A stretch of DNA of 50,433 bases from assembly GCA_944385175.1 (NCBI GenBank), contig CALWWB010000001.1, forward strand, positions 1-50,433. Direction: 5' to 3'. Below the pieces are notes generated by a model. The model saw only the letters and a list, made by a program, of their open reading frames with translations. It had not been told where the DNA came from and did not search any database. The stretch's first letter is position 1. Each line of letters opens with the position of its first letter. This DNA is from an uncultured Oscillospiraceae bacterium (lineage in GTDB: Bacteria > Bacillota > Clostridia > Oscillospirales > Oscillospiraceae). Positions 9,579 to 18,828 of the stretch are shown piece after piece. Position numbers and translations under genes: made by a program.

Positions 9579-11042
9579 ATGAAGAAATTTATTAAGAAGC
9601 TAAAAAAAATAATGCCGGGGAAAACCGGGCTGGTAGTGCTGTCCATACTGCTGGTGTATGCAGTGGGCGTGGCTGCTGCTGCGGTGATAGTGGACGGCCG
9701 CCATGTTCGCTTTTATATGACCGGGCCGGAGGAGCTGGAGCTGGAGTGCTTTGAACCCTATCAGGAGCCGGGAATATATGCGGTGAGCGCTGGGGCAATA
9801 TTCGGTGAGGGGAATAAGCACCTGCATGTGGAGAGCTCCGGGAATCTGGATAATACCAAGCTGGGTGAGTATACGATCAAATATACCGTACGCTATTTCT
9901 TCCGTGAGTACAGCACCGAGCGAAAGGTGAAGGTGGTGGACAAAATAGCCCCGGTACTGGAGCTGAAATATCTGGAGGGCTATGAGGCCAGCTGGATGAC
10001 CGGCTACCAGGAGGAGGGCTTTGTGGCCACTGACAATTATGACGGGGATCTCACCTCCAAGGTGGAAAGCCGCCTGGAGGATAACCGCATGGTCTATACG
10101 GTCACCGACTCCTCAGGCAACACCACCACCATGGTGAGGGAGCCCCTTTATACCCAGGGCAAGCCGGAGATAATCCTGGAGGGGGGCAGCGAGATAAGCC
10201 TCAACGCCAGCCTGAATTACAGCGACCCGGGCTACAGCGCCAGGGACAGCATGGGCAATGACATGACGGAGCTGGTGCAGGTGGACGGGGAAGTCTGCCC
10301 CTATAAGGCGGGCAGCTATGAGCTGACCTACTATATACAGAGCCAGACCGGGGACAGCGTCAGCGCCAAACGGACGGTGACGGTGCTGCCGGTGAATAAT
10401 CCCGACATAGTCTCCCCGGATGTAAACACCATATACCTGACCTTTGACGACGGTCCCGGCCCTTACACCGGCAAGCTGCTGGATATCCTGGCAAAATACA
10501 ATGTAAAGGCCACCTTCTTTGTCACCGGAGCCAACTCCAAGTACTTCGACCAGATAGGCCGGGCCTATAGGGAGGGCCACTCTATAGGTGTGCACACCTA
10601 TTCCCACAACTACAAGACCATATACTCCAGCGAGGAGGCTTTCTTCCAGGACTTCAACGCTGTGGAGGACTTGATATACAATCAGACCGGCAGCTATACC
10701 CAGCTTTGCCGTTTCCCCGGGGGCAGCTCCAATACCGTGAGCAGCTTCAACCCCGGCATAATGACCAGCCTGGCTTCCTCTCTCACGGATATGGGGTATC
10801 AGTATTTCGACTGGAACGTCTCTTCCGGGGATGCCGGTGAGACTACCGACACCGATACTATAGTGAAAAACATTACCGAGGGCTGTGCCGGGCGGCGGGC
10901 CTCGGTGGTACTGCAGCACGATATAAAGGACTACAGTGTAAATGCGGTGGAGCAGGTAATACTCTGGGGATTGAATAACGGCTATGTGTTCCGGGCCCTG
11001 GACGTGAGCAGCCCCCACGCCCACCACGGTATCAATAATTGA
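9579..11042 (+). CDS. Polysaccharide/peptidoglycan deacetylase (NodB domain) with N-terminal TM anchor and Ig-like repeats
   Basis: 487 aa. The NodB motifs TFDDGP and HSIGVHTYSH are present. The preceding repeats contain ATDNYDGDLT-type segments. Confidence 0.9.
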   Translation: MKKFIKKLKKIMPGKTGLVVLSILLVYAVGVAAAAVIVDGRHVRFYMTGPEELELECFEPYQEPGIYAVSAGAIFGEGNKHLHVESSGNLDNTKLGEYTIKYTVRYFFREYSTERKVKVVDKIAPVLELKYLEGYEASWMTGYQEEGFVATDNYDGDLTSKVESRLEDNRMVYTVTDSSGNTTTMVREPLYTQGKPEIILEGGSEISLNASLNYSDPGYSARDSMGNDMTELVQVDGEVCPYKAGSYELTYYIQSQTGDSVSAKRTVTVLPVNNPDIVSPDVNTIYLTFDDGPGPYTGKLLDILAKYNVKATFFVTGANSKYFDQIGRAYREGHSIGVHTYSHNYKTIYSSEEAFFQDFNAVEDLIYNQTGSYTQLCRFPGGSSNTVSSFNPGIMTSLASSLTDMGYQYFDWNVSSGDAGETTDTDTIVKNITEGCAGRRASVVLQHDIKDYSVNAVEQVILWGLNNGYVFRALDVSSPHAHHGINN

Positions 11043-11096
11043 CATTGCCACGGGGATGCAATATAATTGACAAAACAGCAGCGGGAGGATTAAGAC

Positions 11097-11861
11097 GTGA
11101 TCTTGGCCATAGACGTGGGCAACACCAATATCGTCCTGGGATGTATCGACAAGGGCGAGATACTCAATATAGTCCGTATACAGACAAACCCCAGGGAGAC
11201 TGCCGCCGAGTGCGCCGTAAAACTCAAGCAGCTGCTGGAATTTTACGGTGTAGATTGCCGGGGCATAGAGGGGGCCATAATTTCCTCTGTGGTACCCCAG
11301 ATAACCGGGGCCCTGAGAGAGGCCATAGAGCAGATTTCCGGGGTGCGGGCCCTTATAGTTGGGCCGGGTATGAAGACAGGGCTTAACATCCGGCTGGATG
11401 ATCCCTCCACCCTGGCGGGAGATCTGGTGGCGGGCAGCGTTGCTGCCATGAGCTTTTACGGCACCCCGGCCATAGTCATCGACATGGGCACAGCCACCAC
11501 CATGGTTGTGGTGGATAAAAACAGAAGCTACCTGGGGGGCGCCATCATACCCGGAGTGAACCTGGCTTATGGGGCTCTGGCCATGGGGACCAGCCTGCTG
11601 CCGGACATTGCCATTCGCCCGCCAAAGAAGGTCATAGCCAGCAACACCGTGGACTCCATGCGCTCCGGCGCAGTCTTCGGGACTGCCGCCATGCTTGACG
11701 GCATGATAGATAAAATGGAGGCGGAGCTGGGAGAAAAATGTACCATTGTGGCCACCGGCGGCCTTGCCCGCAGTATAGTTGAGTGCTGCCGCCACGAAAT
11801 AATCTATGATGACGACCTGCTTCTCAAAGGCCTGTGGGTACTGTATGAGAAGAACAAGTGA
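11097..11861 (+). CDS. coaX: Type III pantothenate kinase
   Basis: 254 aa with a GTG start. ILAIDVGNTN, IDMGTATT and ATGGLA are the characteristic CoaX/ASKHA motifs. Confidence 0.95.
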   Translation: MILAIDVGNTNIVLGCIDKGEILNIVRIQTNPRETAAECAVKLKQLLEFYGVDCRGIEGAIISSVVPQITGALREAIEQISGVRALIVGPGMKTGLNIRLDDPSTLAGDLVAGSVAAMSFYGTPAIVIDMGTATTMVVVDKNRSYLGGAIIPGVNLAYGALAMGTSLLPDIAIRPPKKVIASNTVDSMRSGAVFGTAAMLDGMIDKMEAELGEKCTIVATGGLARSIVECCRHEIIYDDDLLLKGLWVLYEKNK

Positions 11862-11879
11862 AGAATAACAGGAAAAACA

Positions 11880-11906
11880 AATAGCCCGGGCAAGTCCCGG
11901 GTTATT
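11880..11906 (+). terminator. Terminator-like hairpin after coaX
   Basis: 11-bp stem AATAGCCCGGG/CCCGGGTTATT with loop CAAGT. The U tract is weak. Confidence 0.4.
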
Positions 11907-11936
11907 CCAATATTGAAACCAACAGGAGAATGTACT

Positions 11937-13151
11937 ATGGATACCTGCTTTGCACCGGCAGACATACTGCTGCCCGCCGACGATGAGACCGCCCGCTTCT
12001 GGCCCGTGGTGGCATGCGACCAGTTTACCAGCCAGAGGGAGTATTGGGCGGAACTGGAAAAACTGGTGGGGGACAGACCCTCCGCACTGAATATAGTTTT
12101 CCCGGAAGTCTATTTGGATGAAGGCTTCGGACGGATAGAAATCATACAAAAACACATTGAGGACTACCTGCGGCGGGGCATACTGACGGAGAGAGTACAC
12201 GAGGGCTTCGTTTTGGTGGAGCGCAGCACAGGGTCCGGTGTGCGCATCGGCCTGGTGGGCAAGGTGGATCTGGATTGCTACGACTACACTCCGGAGAGCC
12301 AGGCGCTGATACGGGCCACAGAGGGCACCGTCACCTCCAGGATACCACCCAGAGTGAAGATACGCCGGGGAGCTGAGGTGGAGAGTCCCCATGTGATGCT
12401 CTTGTGTGACGACAGGGAGCGGGAGCTGATAGAGCCTTTGTATGCCCGACGCCATGAACTTCCCAAGCTCTATGACCTGGAACTGATGATGGGAGGCGGA
12501 CACCTGCGGGGCTACGCTGTCACCGGTGAGCTGGCCAAAGAGACTCAGAACATAATCGCCAGGCAGCAGAGCCGCAGCAAGCTGTATCTGGCGGTGGGGG
12601 ACGGGAACCACTCCCTGGCTACAGCCAAGACATGCTGGGAAGAGATAAAGTCCAAGCTCAGCGAGAAAGAGCGGGAAAACCATCCGGCCCGCTATGCCCT
12701 GGCGGAGCTGGTGAACCTCCACTGTGAGGCCTTGAACTTCGAGCCTATCCACCGGGTGCTTTTCAATGTGGATGCCGGAAAACTTATAGATGATTTTACC
12801 GCCGCCGTGCCCTGCGCCGAAGGAGAAGATATCGTATTCATACATAAGGGGGGCCGCCGGGGAGTGAAGCTCACTGCCGCCGGGGAACGCCTGCCGGTAG
12901 ACCTGCTTCAGGAGTTCCTGGACGAGTGGCTGAAGGAGCATCCCGGCGCTGAGATAGACTATGTTCACGGCAGCGGCGCTCTGGAGGAACTGTCCCTTAA
13001 AGAGGGCAACTGCGGCATGGCGTTGAAGGCCATGGATAAAAACACCCTGTTCCCCGCCATCGTGGCCGGAGGCGTGCTGCCCCGGAAGACCTTTTCCCTG
13101 GGCGAGGCGGAGGAAAAGCGCTATTACATGGAGTGCAGGAAAATACGATGA
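11937..13151 (+). CDS. DUF1015 family protein (function unknown)
   Basis: About 404 aa. The pattern FxPxxxIxLP...VACDQFTSQ...GDGNHSLATAK...EPIHRV...SLGEAEEKRYYMECRKI matches DUF1015 as I remember it. I prefer ATG 11937 (AGGAGAA 6 nt upstream) to TTG 11913. Confidence 0.88.
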   Translation: MDTCFAPADILLPADDETARFWPVVACDQFTSQREYWAELEKLVGDRPSALNIVFPEVYLDEGFGRIEIIQKHIEDYLRRGILTERVHEGFVLVERSTGSGVRIGLVGKVDLDCYDYTPESQALIRATEGTVTSRIPPRVKIRRGAEVESPHVMLLCDDRERELIEPLYARRHELPKLYDLELMMGGGHLRGYAVTGELAKETQNIIARQQSRSKLYLAVGDGNHSLATAKTCWEEIKSKLSEKERENHPARYALAELVNLHCEALNFEPIHRVLFNVDAGKLIDDFTAAVPCAEGEDIVFIHKGGRRGVKLTAAGERLPVDLLQEFLDEWLKEHPGAEIDYVHGSGALEELSLKEGNCGMALKAMDKNTLFPAIVAGGVLPRKTFSLGEAEEKRYYMECRKIR

Positions 13152-14191
13152 GAGAATACGGAAGCGAACACCACTGGCAGTCCAGGGCCCCCTATGAAAC
13201 CGGGCAGGGCGGTCTGGAGCCGGAGGGCTGGACATTTTACCGCAGCGGCCGGGACGCAATGAAGCAGATAGCTGCATCCCATAGCGGAGCAAGGGTGCTG
13301 CTGCCGGCCCTGTGCTGCGAGTCTATGATACTGCCCTTTGAGAAAAACGGCTGCAAGGTGGAGTTTTACAAGCTAAGGCCAGACCTCACCGGGGACGGGG
13401 AGGACGTGCTGCATAAACTCGGCCCCGGCTGCATATTGCTGTACATGACTTACTTTGACGTCCGGCCTTTTGATGAGGCTTTCCTGGAGAGACTGAGAGT
13501 CAGGGGAGTATTCCTTCTGGAGGACAGGACCCAGGACATAATAGTCCCCCGGGGGGAGAGCTTCCGACCGGATGCCACTGTGGCCAGCCTGAGAAAATGG
13601 GCGGCAATGCCGGAGGGGGGACTGCTGAAAACGGAGCTAAGCCTGCCGGAGGCGGAAGCGGACAGCCGATTTGCCCGGCTGCGGCGCAAGGCCATGGAGG
13701 AAAAGGGGGAATACCTGGAAAAGGGTATTCCTGAAATGAAGACGGACTTTCTGAAAAAACTCCATGAGGCCGACGAACTGCTGGACGAAAGCGGCAGGGC
13801 AGTGGCCCTGTCCCCGGAAAACCGGGCTTATATATTGGATCTGGATTTTGATAAGATGCTGGAGCGCCGCCGCCAAAACTGCGCCGTTTTGAGAAAGGAA
13901 CTCGAGGAGGCACAGGAGGCCGGGAGGCTGCGCTTTATGGGTAGCGGGGAGAACACCGCCGGGCTCTATCTGGGCGTGATGTTGGAAAACCGGGATGCGG
14001 TGCAGAAATATATGGCGGAGAGAAGCATATACTGCCCGGTGATCTGGCCCATACCTGAACAGGCAAAGGGCGTATGCGAAAACTGCGAACATGCAGCAGG
14101 GCATATGTTGGCCCTGCCCTGCGACCAGAGATATGGCCGAGAGGATATGAAACACATTGCCGCAGTTCTGAAAGCGGCTTTGGAACTATGA
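13148..14191 (+). CDS. DegT/DnrJ/EryC1-like PLP-dependent aminotransferase-fold protein (divergent)
   Basis: The start ATG overlaps the DUF1015 stop (ATGA). The segment VASLRKWAAMPEGGLL resembles the PLP-lysine region of the family. The C-terminal LALPCDQRY is also typical. Confidence 0.75.
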   Translation: MREYGSEHHWQSRAPYETGQGGLEPEGWTFYRSGRDAMKQIAASHSGARVLLPALCCESMILPFEKNGCKVEFYKLRPDLTGDGEDVLHKLGPGCILLYMTYFDVRPFDEAFLERLRVRGVFLLEDRTQDIIVPRGESFRPDATVASLRKWAAMPEGGLLKTELSLPEAEADSRFARLRRKAMEEKGEYLEKGIPEMKTDFLKKLHEADELLDESGRAVALSPENRAYILDLDFDKMLERRRQNCAVLRKELEEAQEAGRLRFMGSGENTAGLYLGVMLENRDAVQKYMAERSIYCPVIWPIPEQAKGVCENCEHAAGHMLALPCDQRYGREDMKHIAAVLKAALEL

Positions 14192-14210
14192 ATCATTGAG
14201 GAGAAAGCAG

Positions 14211-15089
14211 ATGGAGGAAAACGGCAGAGGCTGTCTCTACATAGTGGCGACGCCCATAGGCAATTCCCGGGACATGTCCCCCCGGGGCAGGCAGATACTC
14301 AGCGAGGTGGATATAATAGCCGCCGAGGACACCCGGCGCTCCATGGTGCTGCTCAACAAGCTGGAGATAAAGAACAGGCTGGTATCCAACCACAAGTTCA
14401 ATGAATACGGCAAGGCAAAATATTTCATAAACGAGATGCTCTCAGGCAAGAGCGTGGCGGTGATAAGCGATGCGGGCACCCCCTGCATCTCCGACCCGGG
14501 CAACGAGCTTATAAAGGCTGCCGTGGAGGCGGGGATAAAGGTGGTGGGCATACCCGGCTGCTGCGCTGCAGTGACTGCTCTCAGCATTTCCGGCTTTGAC
14601 CTCAGCAGCTTTGTGTTCTACGGCTTTTTCCCACGGGAGAACGTGGAGCGGCGAAAGCTCCTGGAAAAGATGCGCCGGGGGGACAGCCGCAGCTTTGCCC
14701 TCTATGAGTCCCCCAAGCGGATAATGGAGCTGGTGGACTTTTTCATTGAGGCCGGGGCAAAGTGCCGCATGTGCCTGTGCAACGACCTTACCAAGCTCCA
14801 CGAGATGTGCTTCAGGGGCAGCCCCCTGGAGGTGAAGGAGCAGCTGCTGGCCAAGGGCAACTATGACAAGGGCGAATACGCCGTGGTCATAGAGCTGGAT
14901 GAGGACTATATCTTCAACAAGGTGGAGCACACCGTCTCCGCCGAGGCGATGCTGGTGGATGCCATGGTTTCTGGGGAACTGTCCCCCAAAGAGGCGGTGG
15001 CGGCGGTGCTCTCCGACGAGAACAACTCCTACAGTAAGAACGAGCTGAAGGCTGCCGCCCTTAATCTCAAGAGGATGTTCGGAGGCTGA
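14211..15089 (+). CDS. rsmI: 16S rRNA (cytidine1402-2'-O)-methyltransferase
   Basis: LYIVATPIGNSRDMSPRGRQILSEVDIIAAEDTR and SDAGTPCISDPG are RsmI/tetrapyrrole-methylase motifs. The GAGGAG RBS precedes ATG 14211. Confidence 0.93.
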   Translation: MEENGRGCLYIVATPIGNSRDMSPRGRQILSEVDIIAAEDTRRSMVLLNKLEIKNRLVSNHKFNEYGKAKYFINEMLSGKSVAVISDAGTPCISDPGNELIKAAVEAGIKVVGIPGCCAAVTALSISGFDLSSFVFYGFFPRENVERRKLLEKMRRGDSRSFALYESPKRIMELVDFFIEAGAKCRMCLCNDLTKLHEMCFRGSPLEVKEQLLAKGNYDKGEYAVVIELDEDYIFNKVEHTVSAEAMLVDAMVSGELSPKEAVAAVLSDENNSYSKNELKAAALNLKRMFGG

Positions 15090-15090
15090 G

Positions 15091-16251
15091 ATGGCGAGAG
15101 TGTATCAGGAACTGGAGCAGGCCCTACCCGGACTTTCCAAGGCGGTGTACTCCCAGCCGGCGGACAGCCTTGCCGCCCCTAAAGTGGCGGTGCGGCCCGT
15201 ATCGGTAAAGGGCGGACTGCAATATCAGATAGAGACTTTCAGAGACAACAAGGCTTACCACAGGAACGTGGCGGCGGAGGAGCTGCTGCTCATAGCGGAA
15301 AAAGAACTGGAGGGGCGTTACCGCCAGGTGCTCCTGGTAAGCAGCAGGGAGAGTGCCCAGTATGTGCTGCGGCAGCGGGGAGACTATAAAAAGAGCTCCA
15401 GCAGCCCCAGCCTGCCCCGGCCCGGCGGCTTGGAGAGCCACAACAAGGCCAAAGAGTATATACTCCGGGAAGGAGAGAATATCCCCGCTCTGGTGGATCT
15501 GGGCATATTCACGCAGGACTTTAAGATAGTCCGCTCCCGTTACGACAAATATAAGCAGATAAACCGCTTTATCGAGCTGGTGGACCAGGAGCTGAAGGAC
15601 TATCAGGGCAAGGAGATAAGCATTCTGGACTTCGGCTGCGGCAAGTCCTACCTCACTTTCCTTCTCTACTATTACTTTGCAGTGAAACGGGGCATGGAGG
15701 CCAGAATAATCGGCTATGACCTGAAAGCGGAGGTAGTGGAAAACTGCAACCGCATCGCGGAAAAATACGGCTATGACAGGCTCCGCTTTGAAAAAGCGGA
15801 TGTGAGCCGGGACCTGCTCTCCAATGAACATATAGACATGGTGGTCACCCTCCACGCCTGCGACACTGCCACGGATTTTGCACTGAACTACGCATTGAGC
15901 CACGGGGTAAAGTATATCTTCTCCGTGCCCTGCTGTCAGCATGAGATAAACGGCAGCATACATAAGGGCGGGGAACTGGACATCCTGCTCCAGCACGGTA
16001 TAATCCGGGAGCGTATCTGCGCCCTGCTTACCGACTCCATCCGCGGAGCCGTGCTGCAGAGCCGGGGATATGATCTGGATGTGATAGAGTTCATCGACTT
16101 TGAACACTCCCCGAAGAATATAATGCTCCGGGCCAGATACAGCGGGAAGTGCCTTCGGAAGAGCCTGAAGCAGGCACTGGAACTGAGGGAGAAGTATGGA
16201 TTTTCCCAGAAGCTTCTGGAATTGCAGTACCCGGAGGAATGCGGAAAATAG
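15091..16251 (+). CDS. Class I SAM-dependent methyltransferase (Methyltransf_32-like)
   Basis: 386 aa. ILDFGCGKSYLTF is the SAM motif I. The gene starts 1 nt after the rsmI stop. Confidence 0.85.
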   Translation: MARVYQELEQALPGLSKAVYSQPADSLAAPKVAVRPVSVKGGLQYQIETFRDNKAYHRNVAAEELLLIAEKELEGRYRQVLLVSSRESAQYVLRQRGDYKKSSSSPSLPRPGGLESHNKAKEYILREGENIPALVDLGIFTQDFKIVRSRYDKYKQINRFIELVDQELKDYQGKEISILDFGCGKSYLTFLLYYYFAVKRGMEARIIGYDLKAEVVENCNRIAEKYGYDRLRFEKADVSRDLLSNEHIDMVVTLHACDTATDFALNYALSHGVKYIFSVPCCQHEINGSIHKGGELDILLQHGIIRERICALLTDSIRGAVLQSRGYDLDVIEFIDFEHSPKNIMLRARYSGKCLRKSLKQALELREKYGFSQKLLELQYPEECGK

Positions 16252-16324
16252 CCCGTTGTAAGAGCGGCGGAGAAATGCTATCATAAAAATGCAGATACAA
16301 GCCCCAGTCAGAAAGGAGAAAAAC

Positions 16325-16810
16325 ATGGCCAGGATAGACAAGATTCAAGTGGAAGAAAAGGAGATACTCTGGGCTGACCGGAAGCGGATTTTGGGTATGC
16401 CTATCTCCTTCACCAGATACAGCATGGACGACGAGCGCCTCTACGTAAAGACAGGGCTTTTGCGCACGGAGCTCAACGAGATACTGCTCTACAGGATTCT
16501 GGATGTGAAATCCACCCAGACCCTGTGGCAGCGCATCTTCGGCGTGGGTACTCTCACTCTCTTCAGCGTCGACCAATCCTGCCCCCAGCTGCAGCTGAAA
16601 AATATCAAGAAGCCGGAGAAGCTCCACAGATATCTCAGCGACTTTATCGAAAAGACCCGCCAGAGCAAGGGTGTGGCCGGCCGTGAGATAGTGGGCATGG
16701 CGGGCGTGGGATTGAACCACCCCCATGATGCAGACGGGGACGACGTGCCCGTCGATGTGCCCCATGAGCAGGATGCGGATGCAGATCCCGTGGCCGACGA
16801 GCTGCGCTGA
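16325..16810 (+). CDS. Bacterial PH-domain (YdbS/DUF304-like) protein with acidic His/Asp-rich tail
   Basis: AAAGGAGAA RBS precedes ATG 16325. The pattern ILWADRKRILGMPISFTRY...RILDVKSTQTLWQRIFGVGTLTLFS is typical of bPH_2 proteins. Confidence 0.75.
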   Translation: MARIDKIQVEEKEILWADRKRILGMPISFTRYSMDDERLYVKTGLLRTELNEILLYRILDVKSTQTLWQRIFGVGTLTLFSVDQSCPQLQLKNIKKPEKLHRYLSDFIEKTRQSKGVAGREIVGMAGVGLNHPHDADGDDVPVDVPHEQDADADPVADELR

Positions 16811-16821
16811 GAGGGGCTGCT

Positions 16822-18156
16822 GTGAACTGCTTTGAGGAATACCGCATGAAGCTCTGCACCGCCGATGAGGCGGTGCAGCTGGTAAAGAGCGGGGACTGGG
16901 TGGACTACAGCTCCAATAACGGCTTCCCTGTGAGCCTGGATACCGCCCTGGCAAAGCGCCGGGACGAGCTGCACAATGTGAAGGTCCGGGGCAACCTGCT
17001 GCCGGGCCCCATAGCCGTGGCCGAGTGCGACGAGAGCATGGAGCACTTCGTCTACAACAGCTGGCACTGCTCCGCCTATGAGCGCCGCCTCTGCGACAAG
17101 GGCCGGGCTTTTTTCACCCCCATGGTCTTTCGGAATCTGGGATGGTATTACAGAAACTATCTCACCGTGGACGTGGCCATGGTGTCCGTATCCCCCATGG
17201 ACAGGCACGGTTATTTCAGCCTCTCCTGCGCCGTGGGCGTGTCCAGAGACATCATTGACAAGGCAAAGACCGTTATCCTTGAGGTGAACGAGGCCATGCC
17301 CCGTATCCACGGGGGAGAGCGGGAGAGCGTACACATTTCTGAAGTTGACCGGGTGGTGGAGGCGGGATACCGCCCCCTGTGGGAGATGAAGTCCCCGCCC
17401 CCCAGCGAAACGGATATGGCCATAGCCCGGCATATCTTCCCCCATATCGTGGACGGAGCCACCATCCAGCTGGGCATAGGCGGCACCCCCAACGCCCTGG
17501 GGGAGCTGATAGCCGCCTCGGAGCTGAAAGATCTGGGCATGCACACCGAGCTCTGCTCCGACGGCTACCTGGCCATGTTCAAGGCGGGCAAGCTCACAAA
17601 CCGGCGCAAGACCCTGCATCCTGGAAAAGGAGTGCTGGGCCTGGCCATAGGCAGCAAAGAACTCTATGACTGGGTGGACGACAACCCGAGCATAGCCGGC
17701 TACCCCCTGAGTTATGTAAACTCGCCGGAGACTATAGCCAAAAATGAGAACATGATATCCATAAACGGCTGCCTGAATGTAGACCTGTATGGGCAAGTGA
17801 ATTCCGAGAGTTCCGGCAGCCGCCAGATAAGCGGTACCGGCGGCCAGCTGGACTATGTGCTGGGCGCCTCCCAGGCCAGGGGAGGCAAATCCTTTCTGTG
17901 TATGAGCTCCACCTATACCGACAAGGCAGGGCAGCGCCATTCCCGTATCCTGCCGGGCTTTGCCGGGGACATAATCACCACCCCCAGGAGCCAGAGCCAC
18001 TATATAGTCACCGAGTATGGGGCGGTGAACCTGGCAGGGATGAACACCTGGCAGAGGGCCGACAGGCTCATATCCATTGCCCACCCGGACTTCCGGGAGG
18101 AACTTATAAAGAAAGCGGAGGAGCAGCGCATCTGGCTGCCCTCCAACAAGAGGTAA
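16822..18156 (+). CDS. Acetyl-CoA hydrolase/transferase family enzyme, butyryl-CoA:acetate CoA-transferase-like
   Basis: 444 aa with a GTG start after GAGGGG. The N-terminus FEEYRMKLCTADEAVQLVKSGDWVDY and the segment NSESSGSRQISGTGGQLDY match the But/4-hydroxybutyrate CoA-transferase family. Confidence 0.9.
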   Translation: MNCFEEYRMKLCTADEAVQLVKSGDWVDYSSNNGFPVSLDTALAKRRDELHNVKVRGNLLPGPIAVAECDESMEHFVYNSWHCSAYERRLCDKGRAFFTPMVFRNLGWYYRNYLTVDVAMVSVSPMDRHGYFSLSCAVGVSRDIIDKAKTVILEVNEAMPRIHGGERESVHISEVDRVVEAGYRPLWEMKSPPPSETDMAIARHIFPHIVDGATIQLGIGGTPNALGELIAASELKDLGMHTELCSDGYLAMFKAGKLTNRRKTLHPGKGVLGLAIGSKELYDWVDDNPSIAGYPLSYVNSPETIAKNENMISINGCLNVDLYGQVNSESSGSRQISGTGGQLDYVLGASQARGGKSFLCMSSTYTDKAGQRHSRILPGFAGDIITTPRSQSHYIVTEYGAVNLAGMNTWQRADRLISIAHPDFREELIKKAEEQRIWLPSNKR

Positions 18157-18158
18157 AT

Positions 18159-18716
18159 ATGAAGATAGACGAGACATTATATAAGGGCCGCCCGGCGGAT
18201 GAGCGCATACCCAAGGAGGAGCGCTGCTACGAGCTGCTGGACGGACTGAACGTTGAATACTGGAGAGTGGACCACGAGCATGCCGACACTATCGAGGTCT
18301 GCCATGAGGTGGAGAAGCTCCTGGGCTGCGAGATATGCAAGAACCTGCTGCTGACGAACCGCCAGCAGACTGAGGTCTATCTGTTGCTTATGCCGGGAGA
18401 CAAGCCTTTCAAAACCAAGATACTCTCCAAGCAGATAGGCACTGCCCGCCTCTCCTTTGCCACGCCTGAGCAGATGCTGGAGCTGCTGGACATCACCCCC
18501 GGCTCCGTGAGCATCCTGGGCCTTATGAACGACAAGGCGGGCAAGGTACACCTGCTTATAGACAGGGACCTGGAAAAGGCGGAGTTTTTCGGCTGTCATC
18601 CCTGCATAAATACCAGCAGCCTGAAGCTGAGGACCGTCGATGTGCTGAATATCCTGGTCCCTGCTCTGCATCATGAGCCTGCCTTCGTAGAGCTGCCCTG
18701 GATCGTAGAGGAATAG
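18159..18716 (+). CDS. YbaK/ProX-type aminoacyl-tRNA deacylase domain protein
   Basis: The real start is ATG 18159, 2 nt after the preceding stop. The track ORF 17898 extends upstream into the CoA-transferase gene. CKNLLL...LLLMPGDKPFKTK...ITPGSVSILGL is YbaK/ProX-like. Confidence 0.85.
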   Translation: MKIDETLYKGRPADERIPKEERCYELLDGLNVEYWRVDHEHADTIEVCHEVEKLLGCEICKNLLLTNRQQTEVYLLLMPGDKPFKTKILSKQIGTARLSFATPEQMLELLDITPGSVSILGLMNDKAGKVHLLIDRDLEKAEFFGCHPCINTSSLKLRTVDVLNILVPALHHEPAFVELPWIVEE

Positions 18717-18828
18717 ATGGTCTGGTGCAGGCGGAACTGGGGCTGGATGGTGCAGGACCTGCCCAGGAACAAGGGAGATACCCGTCTCAAATCGGCTTGA
18801 AAATCTGATTTGAGGAAGGGAAACGTAC

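Noticed and set aside
10113-13292. A 1059-aa minus-strand ORF, the longest in the track, spanning the deacetylase 3' end, coaX, DUF1015 and the start of the DegT-like gene.
   Set aside because: Its translation is low-complexity (G/L/V/A/H/Q/P-rich) with no recognisable motif. It has no RBS. It lies antisense to four plus-strand genes that each carry clear family motifs. Long antisense frames stay open here because the sense genes rarely use TTA, CTA or TCA, the reverse complements of the stop codons.
18717-18828. Resemblance of CCCAGGAACAAGGGAG to the guanidine-III (ykkC-III) CAGGACAAGACGG segment, and of parts of the region to ZTP motifs.
   Set aside because: The required pseudoknot partners (a CCGG pair and the 7-bp GC helix) are not present in the right order. 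The similarity is limited to a short purine-rich stretch.
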